Below, piece by piece: positions 51,961 to 62,890 of a stretch of 64,000 nucleotides of DNA. Every line of letters starts with the position of its first letter. The first letter of the stretch is position 1. Made by a program: the position numbers and the translations under genes. Origin of the DNA: Callorhinchus milii (lineage: Eukaryota); assembly GCF_018977255.1 (NCBI RefSeq), contig NW_024704742.1, positions 103,790,001 through 103,854,000 of the forward strand, in the 5' to 3' direction. The notes under the pieces are model-generated. The model searched no databases, was not told the origin of the DNA, and saw only the letters and a list, made by a program, of their open reading frames with translations.

Positions 51961-52977
51961 AGCAGCCTGAAGTCCACATAAGCACACCATAAATGTAACA
52001 AATTCAGAAAATGGTTTACATTATTTATTATTAAATATCTATAAATAGCAAAAAAAGTAGCTTTAAGAAATAAACAACATGCCATCCACTCAAACGTTCA
52101 ATTAAAAGTACTTAAATGATTTTATCAAGTACTTGAAATCATTTCAAACCTGTGAGACATACGCTCTGTACTCAAACTAAAGATTCTGATTTCAATACAG
52201 TATAGTTTCCTATTCATCTAAAATTAGTAACAAAAATAGTTTTAAACTCATGAGCTGCATTATTGATATTGTTTCAAAAGTGTTTATTTCCCATTTTCAC
52301 TGTCATGTATACACAAAATTCTATAAATACACAATACAAAAGAAATCATGCAAACACAATTATTCAATGTGTACTAAAAGGCAGCTGATGCAATCATTGA
52401 AGAGAAAAATCCATAGGTTTCCTCTGGGAAATTGTAGTAATGATCAAATCAACTGAGGCCACCATGAACGCAGCTCTTTGTAAAGGAACACAATTTGATT
52501 AATTGTAGATTTTTGTCAAAGATCTGCAGTTGTCAAACGCACTCTCAGAAAATGAAAATTTGTCCTCTACACACTTGATTTCTATAATTCACATTTCCAA
52601 GGTTCTAATCCCATGAGTGGAAGCTATCAGCAACTTGTCTGAAGCAATAATTTTATAATTAAGATTGCACCACCATTCTGACTAAAAACTCTGAGAAAAC
52701 GAAAGCAGCTTGATGCCACAATTGGTAATCCCAAAATTAGGAGTTACCTAGAAATGTTCATTTCGGATAAAAGGTACAGGAAGAATCAGTTCAATTTCAC
52801 AAAGATTATGTTTTATTTAAAAGCGGTTGCCAAAAGAATAGAAATCAGCAATTATGGAAAAAAGAGACATGGAAAATTCAACTGTTTGAAAGAAACAAAT
52901 ACACTAAAACCCCAGCTAGCAGGACTAATGGAGAAGTAGGGAGAGGAAGAGCCAGAATTTCCATCTTAGTGTAATTA

Positions 52978-53320
52978 CAATAATAATCCTTGCATATTGA
53001 TATAGTGCCTTATCACGTCTTCGAGACGTCTCAAAGAGTTTCACAGAATAGACTGCAAAGTGAATAGACTGTACATTTATGGGAGAATCACGGCAGCCAA
53101 TTGCGCACAGCAGTGTCCCACAAACAGTTGTGGATTGATTTATTATTTATTTTTTGAAGGAATTATTACCCAATTAACTAACAATCGAGTTCCTACTTAC
53201 TGCTAGGCAAACAGAGGTTTATGGAGTAAGGAAACTTGCCCAATGTTTCGTCCTGCCCAGGAATCAAACCCAGGGTTCTCGCTTGTGAGCCGAGGGCTCT
53301 AACCACTGAGTTACTCCACA
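52978..53320 (-). mobile_element. tRNA-derived SINE (long form, partly deleted)
   Basis: A box taactcagtgg and B box ggtttgattcc on the minus strand; tail gagacgtctcgaagacgtgataaggcac. Confidence 0.9.
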
Positions 53321-54039
53321 ATGCCAGTATCTGCATTTACCAGCGTTTTTCAGTGCCGCAAAATGCAAGTAAAGGTATTATAATTGTTTGAATCCTGCAA
53401 GCTGAAGATAGCGAGGGCTATCTGAGTACAAATTCTGGATACCCGGTGTCCAGTAAACCAGGAGTTTACTGTATTTCATAATGAGGAGAGGAGGAACTTT
53501 GGCATGCAATGTCTTCAGAATTCCAGAATTTGGAAAAATATAAAGTAAATGTCGGGTTTTCATTCTTTAATTGGTAATATGTTCCATGCATCGCATAGAT
53601 TTCTTACGTGGACTCATTTAAGAAACAGCTTGATACTGCATTGCAAAGAGTTTAGAGTAGGGTAGTCATTGCTAACCTAAATAGAATCTTCAAATTCTAA
53701 ACTGTGCAAGCCTGACAAAAATGTTCTATGCCACAGACTGAAATTAAGCTTGATAGCAACCCAATATGCTGCTACTGATGCAGAAAAAGAGGCTTGATTA
53801 TCTCCAAGGTTCTTACTTCCGATCTGATACAGCAAACATCAGGAAACACTCATAACGTGACTTAAGTTTTCACCAAGTTAAATAATTTCCCCTTAGGGGA
53901 TAGATCTTGACCTTCCAACAACAATTATACTTTACCCAAATGGGCATGTTCTGAAACTTCCAATTAAACACTTCCCTCAAGCAATGCTCAACAAACTCCA
54001 AAATCCATGGCATACCTTTTCAGTCCTAAATACATCATT

Positions 54040-54415
54040 AAACACATCTCTGGTCTGTACAATCACTGATTTCAAATCCCTTCATGCACTGGCACTTTCC
54101 TAGCTCTCTGACCTGCTTACTCCCCAACCCAATAACCGCTGCCTCCGACGCTTGATTGCATATCCCTCATGCCCTCCGTTCTACCATTGGTGGCAGGACT
54201 TTCAACCACTATGCCCCAAAACTCTGGAACACTCCTCCGCTATCCCATCGCTTTGCCCTTTCCTTCGCCATCTTCAGGTCACGACTGAACACCTTCCTTT
54301 TCGACCATGCCTCCAGTCACTTCCCCCCAGTTCACGTCGTCAAGCGTTCTGGGACGCTACCCTCTATCAGGGTCGCTATATAAATGCAAATTGTTGTTGC
54401 TGCTGTTGTGTTGTT
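54040..54415 (+). mobile_element. L2 3' fragment (type A)
   Basis: GGRTFNHYAPKLWNTPP...FRSRLNTFLF; (TTG)n tail. Confidence 0.85.
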
Positions 54416-54783
54416 GGGTTAGCTAAGGAACCACGGAAGATCAATGTGATCTTCCCCTCCTGAACCTAGAGGTCAACTATAGAGCTCCTAGTTAAGGAAG
54501 AAAAATCTAGTGCCGGTTCCATGGCTGAGATTTGCTAACTCAGCACAGACTAGGATTTGAATTTGCAATCTTCAACCTGTATAATTTATTGCTGACCTAA
54601 ATAGTATCTTTATCCACTGACCAGGTTATCAAGGGAGCCCAAAATCAATGTTTTTAATCAATATTATTAATTTCTGAGTTGATATGATCCATGAACCATG
54701 TTTAATGACTAGGATTGATGTTGACAAACATAAAAATGTATTTCATGGTGGAATAGATGTTATTCCACCATTCTAACACAATG

Positions 54784-55240
54784 ACAACAACTTGCATTTA
54801 TATAGCGGCCTTCACGGTTAGCATCTCATAGTGCTTAACAGGGGTGTGGTTTGACATCGAGCTGAAAAGAAGGGAGGTGACCGAAGAAATGGCCAAAGAG
54901 GAGAGTGCGATTTGAAGATGGGTAAAATGGAGGCAAAACAGAGGAATTGAGGCAGGGAGTTCCAGAGATTTGAGGCATTGTGGCTGAAAGTGCGGCCACG
55001 ATTGGTGGAGAAGAGGGACGAGGGGGTGTGCAGAAGACCTCAGCCATCTGAGCAAAGGTGGTGGGTAATGAAGTGGAGTGTGAGTAGATCGGACAGGTAG
55101 GGACCTGCCAGGGCGTGAAGTGCTTTGAAAGTGAAAGTGAGAATCTTGAAATCAATGCATTCTGCAACAGGGAAATAAAAATTGGAGTGATGAGGATGCA
55201 GAGCCTGGCATGAGTGAGGACAATGGCAGCAGAATAATAC
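54784..55240 (-). mobile_element. L2 3' fragment
   Basis: CIDFKILTFTFKALHALAGPYLSDLL. Confidence 0.85.
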
Positions 55241-55299
55241 ATTATACCCTTCAAAAAAATCTTGTCCCAAGGTGCAATATCTTGAATATAAAGACTGAA

Positions 55300-55627
55300 T
55301 GTACCCTCCGGTCTGCTCCACATCCCCCGCCCTAACCGCCCTACCATCCGTGGCCGGGCTTTCAGCCTCTCAGCCCCTAGGACCTGGAACTCCATCCCCC
55401 AGTGCCTGCGCCTTGCTTCCTCTGTTTCCTCCTTCAAGGTCGGTCTCAAGACCTTTCTCTTCAACCGTGCCTTCAGCTCCCCTCTCGACTCTCTACCCCC
55501 TCCTCGCTCCCTCCCTTCCCTCACCCTGACCATTTCCTCCCTGCTCGGGTACCGACCCAACTGTCCAGCACCTTGGGACGTCCTCCCGACGTGAAAGGCG
55601 CTCTATAAATGCAATCTTGTTGTTGTT
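55300..55627 (+). mobile_element. L2 3' end (type B)
   Basis: gcaccttgggacgtcctcccgacgtgaaaggcgctctataaatgcaatcttgttgttgttg. Confidence 0.92.
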
Positions 55628-55736
55628 GAAGAGGACTTCTTGTTTTTTGAACAAAATATAATTTAACTGCAAACGAAAACAGAAGTCGCTGGGAACACTC
55701 AGCAGGTCAGGCAGCATCTATGGAGAAAGGAAAGTG

Positions 55737-55773
55737 AGTCAACGTTTCGGGACCATGACCCTTCGTCAGAACT
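55737..55773 (-). ncRNA. Minimal type I hammerhead ribozyme motif (Penelope-associated)
   Basis: AGTT-CTGACGA-A-GGGTC-ATG-GTCCC-GAAAC-GTT-GACT. Confidence 0.7.
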
Positions 55774-55925
55774 GGGGCATTTTGGGAGGGAGAGGCTTTT
55801 AAGGGCTAACAGAGAGGAGGGAGGCAGGGCAAGGAAGGCAAAGAAAATATGGGGTAGAGGTCAGGGATGATGGGTTAAAGAGGTGTTAATGATGCAGAAC
55901 AAAAAGGGGGGGGGAAAAAGAACTT

Positions 55926-56540
55926 GCAACAAAACAACAACAAATTTACATTTTTGAGCACCTTTCACGTCGGGAGGACGTCCCAAAGCGCTGAACAGTC
56001 AGGTGTCGGGGCCCGAGCATGGGGGAGGGGTGGTGTAGGGATGAGGGAAGGCAGAGAGGTGGGAGGGAGTCCAAAGGCACGGTCGAAGAGAAGGGTCTTA
56101 AGACCGGCCTTGAAGGAGGCAAGGGAGGAATCGAGGGGAAGGGACCTCAGGATGGAGTTCCAAATTGTGGGGGCAGAGAGGCTGAAAGCCTGACCACCGA
56201 TGGTAGGGCGGGTCGGGCGGGAGACATGGAGCAGTCCGGAGCCCAATGAACGGAGGGAGCAGGCAGGTTGGTAGGGAGTCAGCAGGTCAGAGAGGTAGGA
56301 GGGGGCAAGGCCATGGATGGCCTTAAAGGTGAGGATGAGGATCTTGAACTCAATCTGCTGGGGGATGGGGAGCCAGTGGAGTCGGGCGAGGGTGGGAGTG
56401 ATGGGGTCACAGAACCTGGTGCGTGAGAGTACACGAGCTGCAGAGTTTTGGATGATCTGCAGCTTGTGAAGGGAAGAGTTGAGAAGGCCGATGAGGAGGG
56501 AGTTTCCGTAATTGAGACTTGATGTGACATTGAGCCTGGA
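55926..56540 (-). mobile_element. L2 3' fragment (type B) nested in the Penelope left arm
   Basis: LHKLQIIQNSAARVLSRT...LHWLPIPQQIEFKIL...GGQAFSLSAPTIWNS. Confidence 0.93.
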
Positions 56541-57065
56541 TGTGACAGGCATATCAGGGAGAGAAAAGGTGCGTCTGGGACCAAGATGATGTGGTAATGG
56601 TCACAGAAGAGGGCGAGGGTGAGCTGTTATGGTCTGAAATCGCTGAAATCAATAATGAGGCCAGAGGGCTGTAAGATCCCTAGCAGAAAAATGAAATGCT
56701 GTTCCTCGAGCTTGCACTGGGGCTCATTGGAACAGCGTAGGAGGCCATGGATAGAGAGGTCAGAGTGCGTGGTCTCCTCTACACCGGGGAGACGAAACGC
56801 AGATTGGGCGACCAATTTGCCAAACACCTTTGTTCTACCCGCAAGCACAACCCCGAGCTTCCAGTTTCTTGCCATTTCAACTCTCCCTTCCATTCACACT
56901 CTGACCTCTCTATCCACGGTCGCCTGCGCTGTTCCAATTTGTTCTGCATCATTAACACCTTTTTAACCCATCATTCCCTGTCCTCCACCCCATTTTCTCC
57001 TTTGTCTTCCTTGTGCAGCCTTCCCCTTGTTAGCCCTTAAAAGCCTCTCCCTCGCAACATGCCCC

Positions 57066-57102
57066 AGTTCTGATGAAGGGTCGTGGACCTGAAACGTTGA
57101 CT
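57066..57102 (+). ncRNA. Minimal type I hammerhead ribozyme motif (Penelope-associated)
   Basis: AGTT-CTGATGA-A-GGGTC-GTG-GACCT-GAAAC-GTT-GACT. Confidence 0.7.
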
Positions 57103-57447
57103 CACTTTCCTTTCTCCATAGATGCTGCCTGACCTGCTGAGTGTTCCCAGCAACTTCCTTTTTTGTTTTCAGATTTTCAGCATCTGCAGTATTTTGTGTT
57201 TTGGTTATAGCTTAACTGCCATCTTTTATACAGCTTCATTTGTTTATTCTTACAGCTCTCTAGCAATACAGTATATTACAAAATAACCTTTTTAAAAACA
57301 ATTGAAGAATAAAAACAAATCCCCAAATAAATTCAAAGTAAACTCATACCAATTAATCTTCCAATCCAAGTGGCATTTGCAACAGCCAGAACCTACTCTA
57401 TTAAATCCTCAAATTAATCCAATGTTTTTATGGTCATTCACGCTCAC

Positions 57448-57590
57448 CTTATTGTTGTTCCCTGTAGCCTGTCTATCTTTTTATTCAGCTCTGCAATTAT
57501 ACTATGGAGTTCAGTGATGCGTTCTTCATAACGTAGGGTCGTCCTTTCCTGAACCTCTTCATGTTCCCTCATGAGATGCGATTGTTCACA
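57448..57590 (-). CDS. MCC: MCC coding exon
   Basis: ctag|TGTGAA...ATAAG|gtgagc; 143 nt, phase 0/2; CEQSHLMREHEEVQERTTLRYEERITELHSIIAELNKKIDRLQGTTI(R). Confidence 0.96.
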
Positions 57591-57772
57591 CTAGAAGAAG
57601 ATGTTTTACCATAAGTGAGGGGAAAGAAATATCAATAAAGTTAAGATCATTTTGTTTTAACATCCTTTGTGAAACAACAGTACACAACCTGCATAGAGAT
57701 ATCCCAAAGAGACATCAAGTGAGGGCTAAGCATTTCCCACAAGTAGAGAGGGAAAATCTGAAAGAGTCTCAC

Positions 57773-57880
57773 CTCGGGACAATCTTGTGAACCTCCTAGC
57801 AGCCAATTATATTGTGGCATTGGCAGTGGCCTGGGAGCAGGCGGCTTGCCCTCTCCACTTTGGATGGTAAATGGGGAGAC
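57773..57880 (-). other. Candidate in-frame cassette exon in an MCC intron
   Basis: Long pyrimidine tract + ctag|GTC...GAG|gtgaga; 108 nt, phase 0/0, stop-free: VSPFTIQSGEGKPPAPRPLPMPQYNWLLGGSQDCPE. Confidence 0.4.
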
Positions 57881-58426
57881 CTAGAAAATCGGGGAGGGGA
57901 AGGGCGAAAATAAAAATAACTTAGATTATCTCAGTGGACTAAAAACTAAAGTACAGTACAGGACACACATATTGTGACTATACAAATATAGAGATGTGTG
58001 TTGGGAGAGTTAGTATTTGGAAGATTGATTAATCAAAGAAAAAGAAATACTGTACCTAAACTAAGCTTCCTTTCAATTCATTACCTTCTCTTTACCACAT
58101 GGGGAACGGTTCTTAATGTAGAACATACAGAACCTATCTATTTATTATAATCCTTTCATATGTTGTCATACTAAAAAATAGTTTGCAAAATGGATACAGC
58201 TCCAGTAAAACTTTCAATGAAAGTTGTCTTCCATGCTGCCTTGTTTCAATTGAGAATGCACTCTAAAACCTAATAAACTATTGCCTATTTGGTAGCAGAT
58301 TCACCAATGAGTGTGGTTTACTAATGGAAATACACTACTTAGAGCATCAAAATGTAAAGGTGTGCACATAGCGAAGAAATATGCAATTTTCTCCCCAGTT
58401 CCCAGATCATACGGCCTAATCACAAG

Positions 58427-58752
58427 TAATAATAATAATAATAATCCTTGCATTTGATATAGCGCTTTTCACGTCGGGGGGACGTCCCAAAGCGCTTCAC
58501 AGAACACACTGTAAAGTGAATTGACTGTATATTTGTGGGCGAACGCGGCAGCCAATTGCGCACAGCAATGTCCCACAAACAGTCGTAGATTGAAAATGAC
58601 CAATTTTATTATTGTTTTTGGTTTTGGAGGGATTATTATTAGGCTCTGTGTGGAGTAAGGAAACTTGCCCAAGGTTTCGCCCTGCCTGGAATTGAACTCA
58701 GGTCTCTCGCTTGCAAAGCGAGTGCTCTAACCACTGAGCTACAGGACTCCAC
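58427..58752 (-). mobile_element. tRNA-derived SINE (short form, young)
   Basis: Perfect A box TAGCTCAGTGG, B box agttcaattcc; tail gggacgtcccccc-gacgtgaaaagcgc and (TTA)n. Confidence 0.93.
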
Positions 58753-58809
58753 AAACTAGTAGCTAGGGTATCTGGAGTTTGTTTAGCTTTCTGATATATA
58801 GAAGCAACT

Positions 58810-58862
58810 AGAAAAACTCTACTGCTACGGTGGTATATAAAACTCTACTGCTACAGTGGTAC
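58810..58862 (+). repeat. 26-bp tandem duplication
   Basis: aaaactctactgctacggtggtatat / aaaactctactgctacagtggtac. Confidence 0.85.
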
Positions 58863-59934
58863 AGAATAAAATGTTTCAAAAAGAATTTATGTTCAAATTA
58901 ACTTAAATATTTATTTAGTTAACAAGTTGAAAAGTTACAAATACAAACAAATAAAATAAAAGGTAAACAAAAATTGCAGAAAGTAAATGATGTAGAGAGC
59001 TGGAAAGATGTCAACAATGAAATTCCACTGGTGTTTTGTTAATCCAAACTTGCAGGTTATTCTTACACACTTCATGGTACTGCAAGATTCATTGGATTGT
59101 TGTAATGCCTAATTACAGCCACTGAATAGGATTGTGCATAAACCAGCACCAGCAACATTCAACTCAGATTCTGATGCTAGAATCAGATTTATCAAAAAAA
59201 CTTGTTATATTAAAATCAGCATCAAGATCCATGACCTACAGAAAAATATTAAAAGAAAATGTGTTCATTAAAATTTGGTAAAAATAATTATAAAGCAACA
59301 GACGATACTGTATTGAGTATGTGAAGGAAAATATACTGAGAAAGGAAGATGCAAACATCTGCTGAGCCATACGCAGCAGAATGGTGACAGATTTGATACT
59401 AGGCCTTGCAGAGTAATCTGATGCACAACTTTGGTGGTACTTGATGAGCTTTACTGTCCACAACATTATCCACAGACGGAAGGGAGAAAATCAACAAGAA
59501 ATCACACTCATCATTAAACATTGGGTGAGGAAAGGGTGAAGCTGTCACGACTTTCGTGTTAGCCTAGCTCAGCACAGTCACTTACATAGTCAGAAGGCAA
59601 GTGATTTTCTTTCTGTAACTGGGAACTACCTTTTACCAAGTTACATTTGGACCTCTAAAATTCTACCCTTCCATCCCCGTACTTTTCCATTTCTAGAACA
59701 CAAAACACACACTCACTCAATTTACAGTATATCCTGTGAAACTTTTTGGGACATCCTCCCAATGGAAAGGCACTATACCAAATGTAAGCATTATTAATAT
59801 CATTTTAAATGTATGCTTGTCCAATATCAAATTATACTGCATCACACTTTATGATGTTGAAACTATTTGTGCTTCCCACTCAAAAGTCTGCCTTTGCTCA
59901 GTTCTTATCAGCCTGATAGACATTGGCTCAAACT

Positions 59935-60168
59935 GTCCAAAAGTGACAAGTATGGAGAGCAGGCTTTCAGCCGCTTGCCACCCCCTATCTGGAATTCCAT
60001 TACCACGTCTCTCCAACTTGCTCCCTCCCCTCTTTCAAGGTACGCCTCAAACTTTGACCACGCTTTCAGTTATACTTCCCCTCCTCATCCCCCTCAGCTG
60101 CAAATGTAAGTTCTTGGACACAGACAAAATGGTCAAGCGCTTTGGGACATCCCCCCCAATGTGAAAGC
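59935..60168 (+). mobile_element. Degenerate L2 3' end
   Basis: YGEQAFSRLPPPIWNS; aagcgctttgggacatcccccccaatgtgaaag. Confidence 0.7.
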
Positions 60169-60189
60169 TGCCAGATACTTTAAGTGTAT

Positions 60190-60285
60190 AACGAAAGGTC
60201 ATCAACCTGAAACGTTAACTAATTTTCCTCTCTCCATAGATGCTGCCTGACCTGCTGCGTGTTCCCAGTGACTTCTGTTTTTACT
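60190..60285 (+). mobile_element. Penelope-like terminal fragment with a broken hammerhead core
   Basis: acgaaaggtcatcaacctgaaacgttaact...ccatagatgctgcctgacctgctgcgtgttcccag, same as 57070-57160 but CTGA core mutated. Confidence 0.8.
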
Positions 60286-60583
60286 TTAATTGTATATTGT
60301 ACTGTATTGTAAGTACAGAGATAAGACTGGATGATTGGTAGATTTTAGGGCAGTGTTTCATTTAAAATTTCTCTATATAACCACATCAGCATTTTGTATT
60401 TTTAGTTCAGTAACAGTTGCACTTCTATTTATGATAGTATAAGAAAGGTGCTATGTTGTCTTGTCAGAAGAATGTTTTTACAACTGTGTAATTATTGTAA
60501 TGGGAGGGTGCAGGGTGGAGCAATTTAAGGTCAGTATCTCCAGAGAGTACACCTGTGAATGATGAAGCAGAGAAGGTGAATTA

Positions 60584-60700
60584 TTTTGCCCACAAAATAT
60601 ACAGTCAATTCACTTTACAGTATATTCTGTGAAGCGCTTTTAGTTCATCTTGAAGACATGATAGACACTATATCAAATGCAAGGGTTAGTATTATTATTA
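60584..60700 (+). mobile_element. tRNA-SINE tail fragment
   Basis: cccacaaaatatacagtcaattcactttacagtatattctgtgaagcgct. Confidence 0.8.
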
Positions 60701-61386
60701 TAGGTGAGAGACAAAAACAGGCCTAAATTAGCAGAATGGAGGAAATGGTGGGGGAGTAGAAATAAAGAATTCATATCACTATGCTTGCAAACTTAAGTCA
60801 GCAGCAGCAGAAACCAGAAGATATAGCAAACTGATCCTGAGGAACCCATTATCAAATGTATATAATTTTTTTAAATCTCCTTTTCCAATAGGCATTTAGA
60901 AGGCAATCAATTTAAATATTCTGCTCCCCATTAAAAAGTTATAAAAAATAAATGCAACTATAATTTAGTTTTAAAATAAATTTGGCAGTTTGGCAACACA
61001 GACCTTCTAGTTAGTTGTGATCTACAACCTCTATTTACAAGTGAGGCATCTGATGAATCAGATTTCTCATCACTCAATCTTGTATAGATTTACAGATACA
61101 TTTTAGATATAATTGACCCATAATCTGTTTTAATAGGCTGTAGAATAGACCACAGAGAAACTGTTATAGTGCTGCCTCATTTATTGTGTGGTTCAATTGT
61201 GGACCTGCACTAACCAATAGTGTACCTGGGTTCCAGCACTGACTTGTCAGTTTCTTGTGCTTATAAAATGGGTAATTTATTTGTCGTCAGGTCATCATTA
61301 ATTTCACTTCCTACGCTCACTCTATGCCTGAAGAGCTGTTGATGTCACTTTGAAAGAATTTCATTTATGTTCTGCTTTTTACTTAC

Positions 61387-61500
61387 CTGAGATTTTGCTA
61401 ATTTCTTTTCCAACAAGTCCCTCTCCAGTTCTGTATGCTGTAGTCTTTTGTTGAGGTCCACTATGTCAGTTTTTAGAGATGCCAGGGCTGCTAAATGTAG
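61387..61500 (-). CDS. MCC: MCC coding exon (first in window; upstream exons outside window)
   Basis: ttttccag|CTACAT...TCTCAG|gtaagt; 114 nt, phase 0/0; LHLAALASLKTDIVDLNKRLQHTELERDLLEKKLAKSQ matches the MCC N-terminal coiled coil as I recall it. Confidence 0.95.
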
Positions 61501-62699
61501 CTGGAAAAGAAAGACCAAACCAATTAAGTACTAAACAACAGAAAATCAGATGGCATTTATGAAGTTCATTCCATGAATTGGCTTATTTTGACCAGGTAAA
61601 TTAGGAACATCTGTTTACTGACTTGTAGCATGTGAACTATAATTCTGCACAATTAATGGTTCAGACTTCTTGAACCATTTGCTTTACAAAATTATAACTT
61701 TCAAACAACACCACATTTTTACATGGGGAGGGGAAAGAAAAGAGAAAGAGAGCAATTATTTGACCTACATGTCAATATAGTGCAATGCAAGTGGTTGAAG
61801 GATTACCATACCACTCTGAAATGCCTGGTAATTCAGTAGAACAATAATTGTTTGCAAAAGTGGATTATTTAGACATCAGCTTGAAGCTGAAGTTAAACCA
61901 GAAAAGATTTGTTCCATCAAAAATACATTACAAGTTAAATACTAAGAATATGACTTTTTCCAAAGGTACATTTTGAACATGCTGCTGTTTAAATAAAAAT
62001 TGAAGTTCTTAACATTCAAATTAAACAATCTTCCACAGTGGGGTGTGTGTGTGGGGGGGGTCATTTATTCCCTTTCTACCATTTTATACAACTATCAGCA
62101 CCTTGGGATGTACCCCCAACATAAAAGATGACAAGTATAACAAATAAATGAAAATTTGTATTGTATTGCTGTTTTTATAGTTATAGATCTCTTGGTCATC
62201 AAATAGCATCAATTAAGCTGCTGGGGTTAAACAATATTACAAAGCATACATTGCAATATTAGGACTTTGCAATATTAGAAAGTCCTTCAAGGGCCTAAAA
62301 TAATATCCATAATAATGTTTTCAAGAACCCCAAACTACCTACATTATTCTTTGCTTCCCACAACACTGCACCACTGGCCCTATTTTTCAGATTTGTCCCC
62401 ATGCCATTGTATTTACAATTGTGGTACTATACAGTTGCAAACAATCTTAGCTTCAACTATGCTTCATCGTTGCCACAAGGAATCTTATTTATACTGTTAT
62501 GGTAAGATTTGTTTCTTTATTATGTAGCTGATAAATACTATGAAATTGATTTACATTTAGTCAAAGCAGCACTATTTGTACTCAAGCAAAAGAGCTCGTA
62601 TTAAACAAAACAATAATATTTCAGCAATAAAAAGGAAACAAGTTTTCAGCAAGCTCATAATGCTCACGGGAGTTTTACTATTCCAGGTAAAAACAAATA

Positions 62700-62890
62700 C
62701 AACACAAAATCAATTTTTTTTATAGCGCCTTTCACATCAGGAGGAATTGGACCCAAGCTGGGATCGGGGAGTGTGGAGAGCAGGGAGGGTAGCCAAAGGC
62801 TCTGTCGAAGAGGAGGGTTTTGAGGCGGGTCTTGGAGGAGGCAAGGGAGGGAGCGAGGCAAAGTGAATGTGGGATGGAGTTCCATAATGT
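62700..62890 (-). mobile_element. L2 3' end (type B)
   Basis: Reverse complement of cctcctgatgtgaaaggcgctata and ttcgacagagcctttggc. Confidence 0.8.

Larger units (their letters stand above)
55670..57205. mobile_element. Penelope-like retroelement remnant, two inverted 3' arms
   Basis: GIY-YIG fragments: LLYTGETKRRLGDQFAKHL...PVSCHFN (+) and CKLEEQHFIFLLGILQPSGLIIDFSDF (-); inverted terminal arms 55670-55920 vs 56940-57170; inversion junction ~56767. Confidence 0.88.

Noticed and set aside
54745..54771. Perfect 11-bp hairpin ATGGTGGAATA-gatgt-TATTCCACCAT
   Set aside because: Too short for a pre-miRNA and no supporting context
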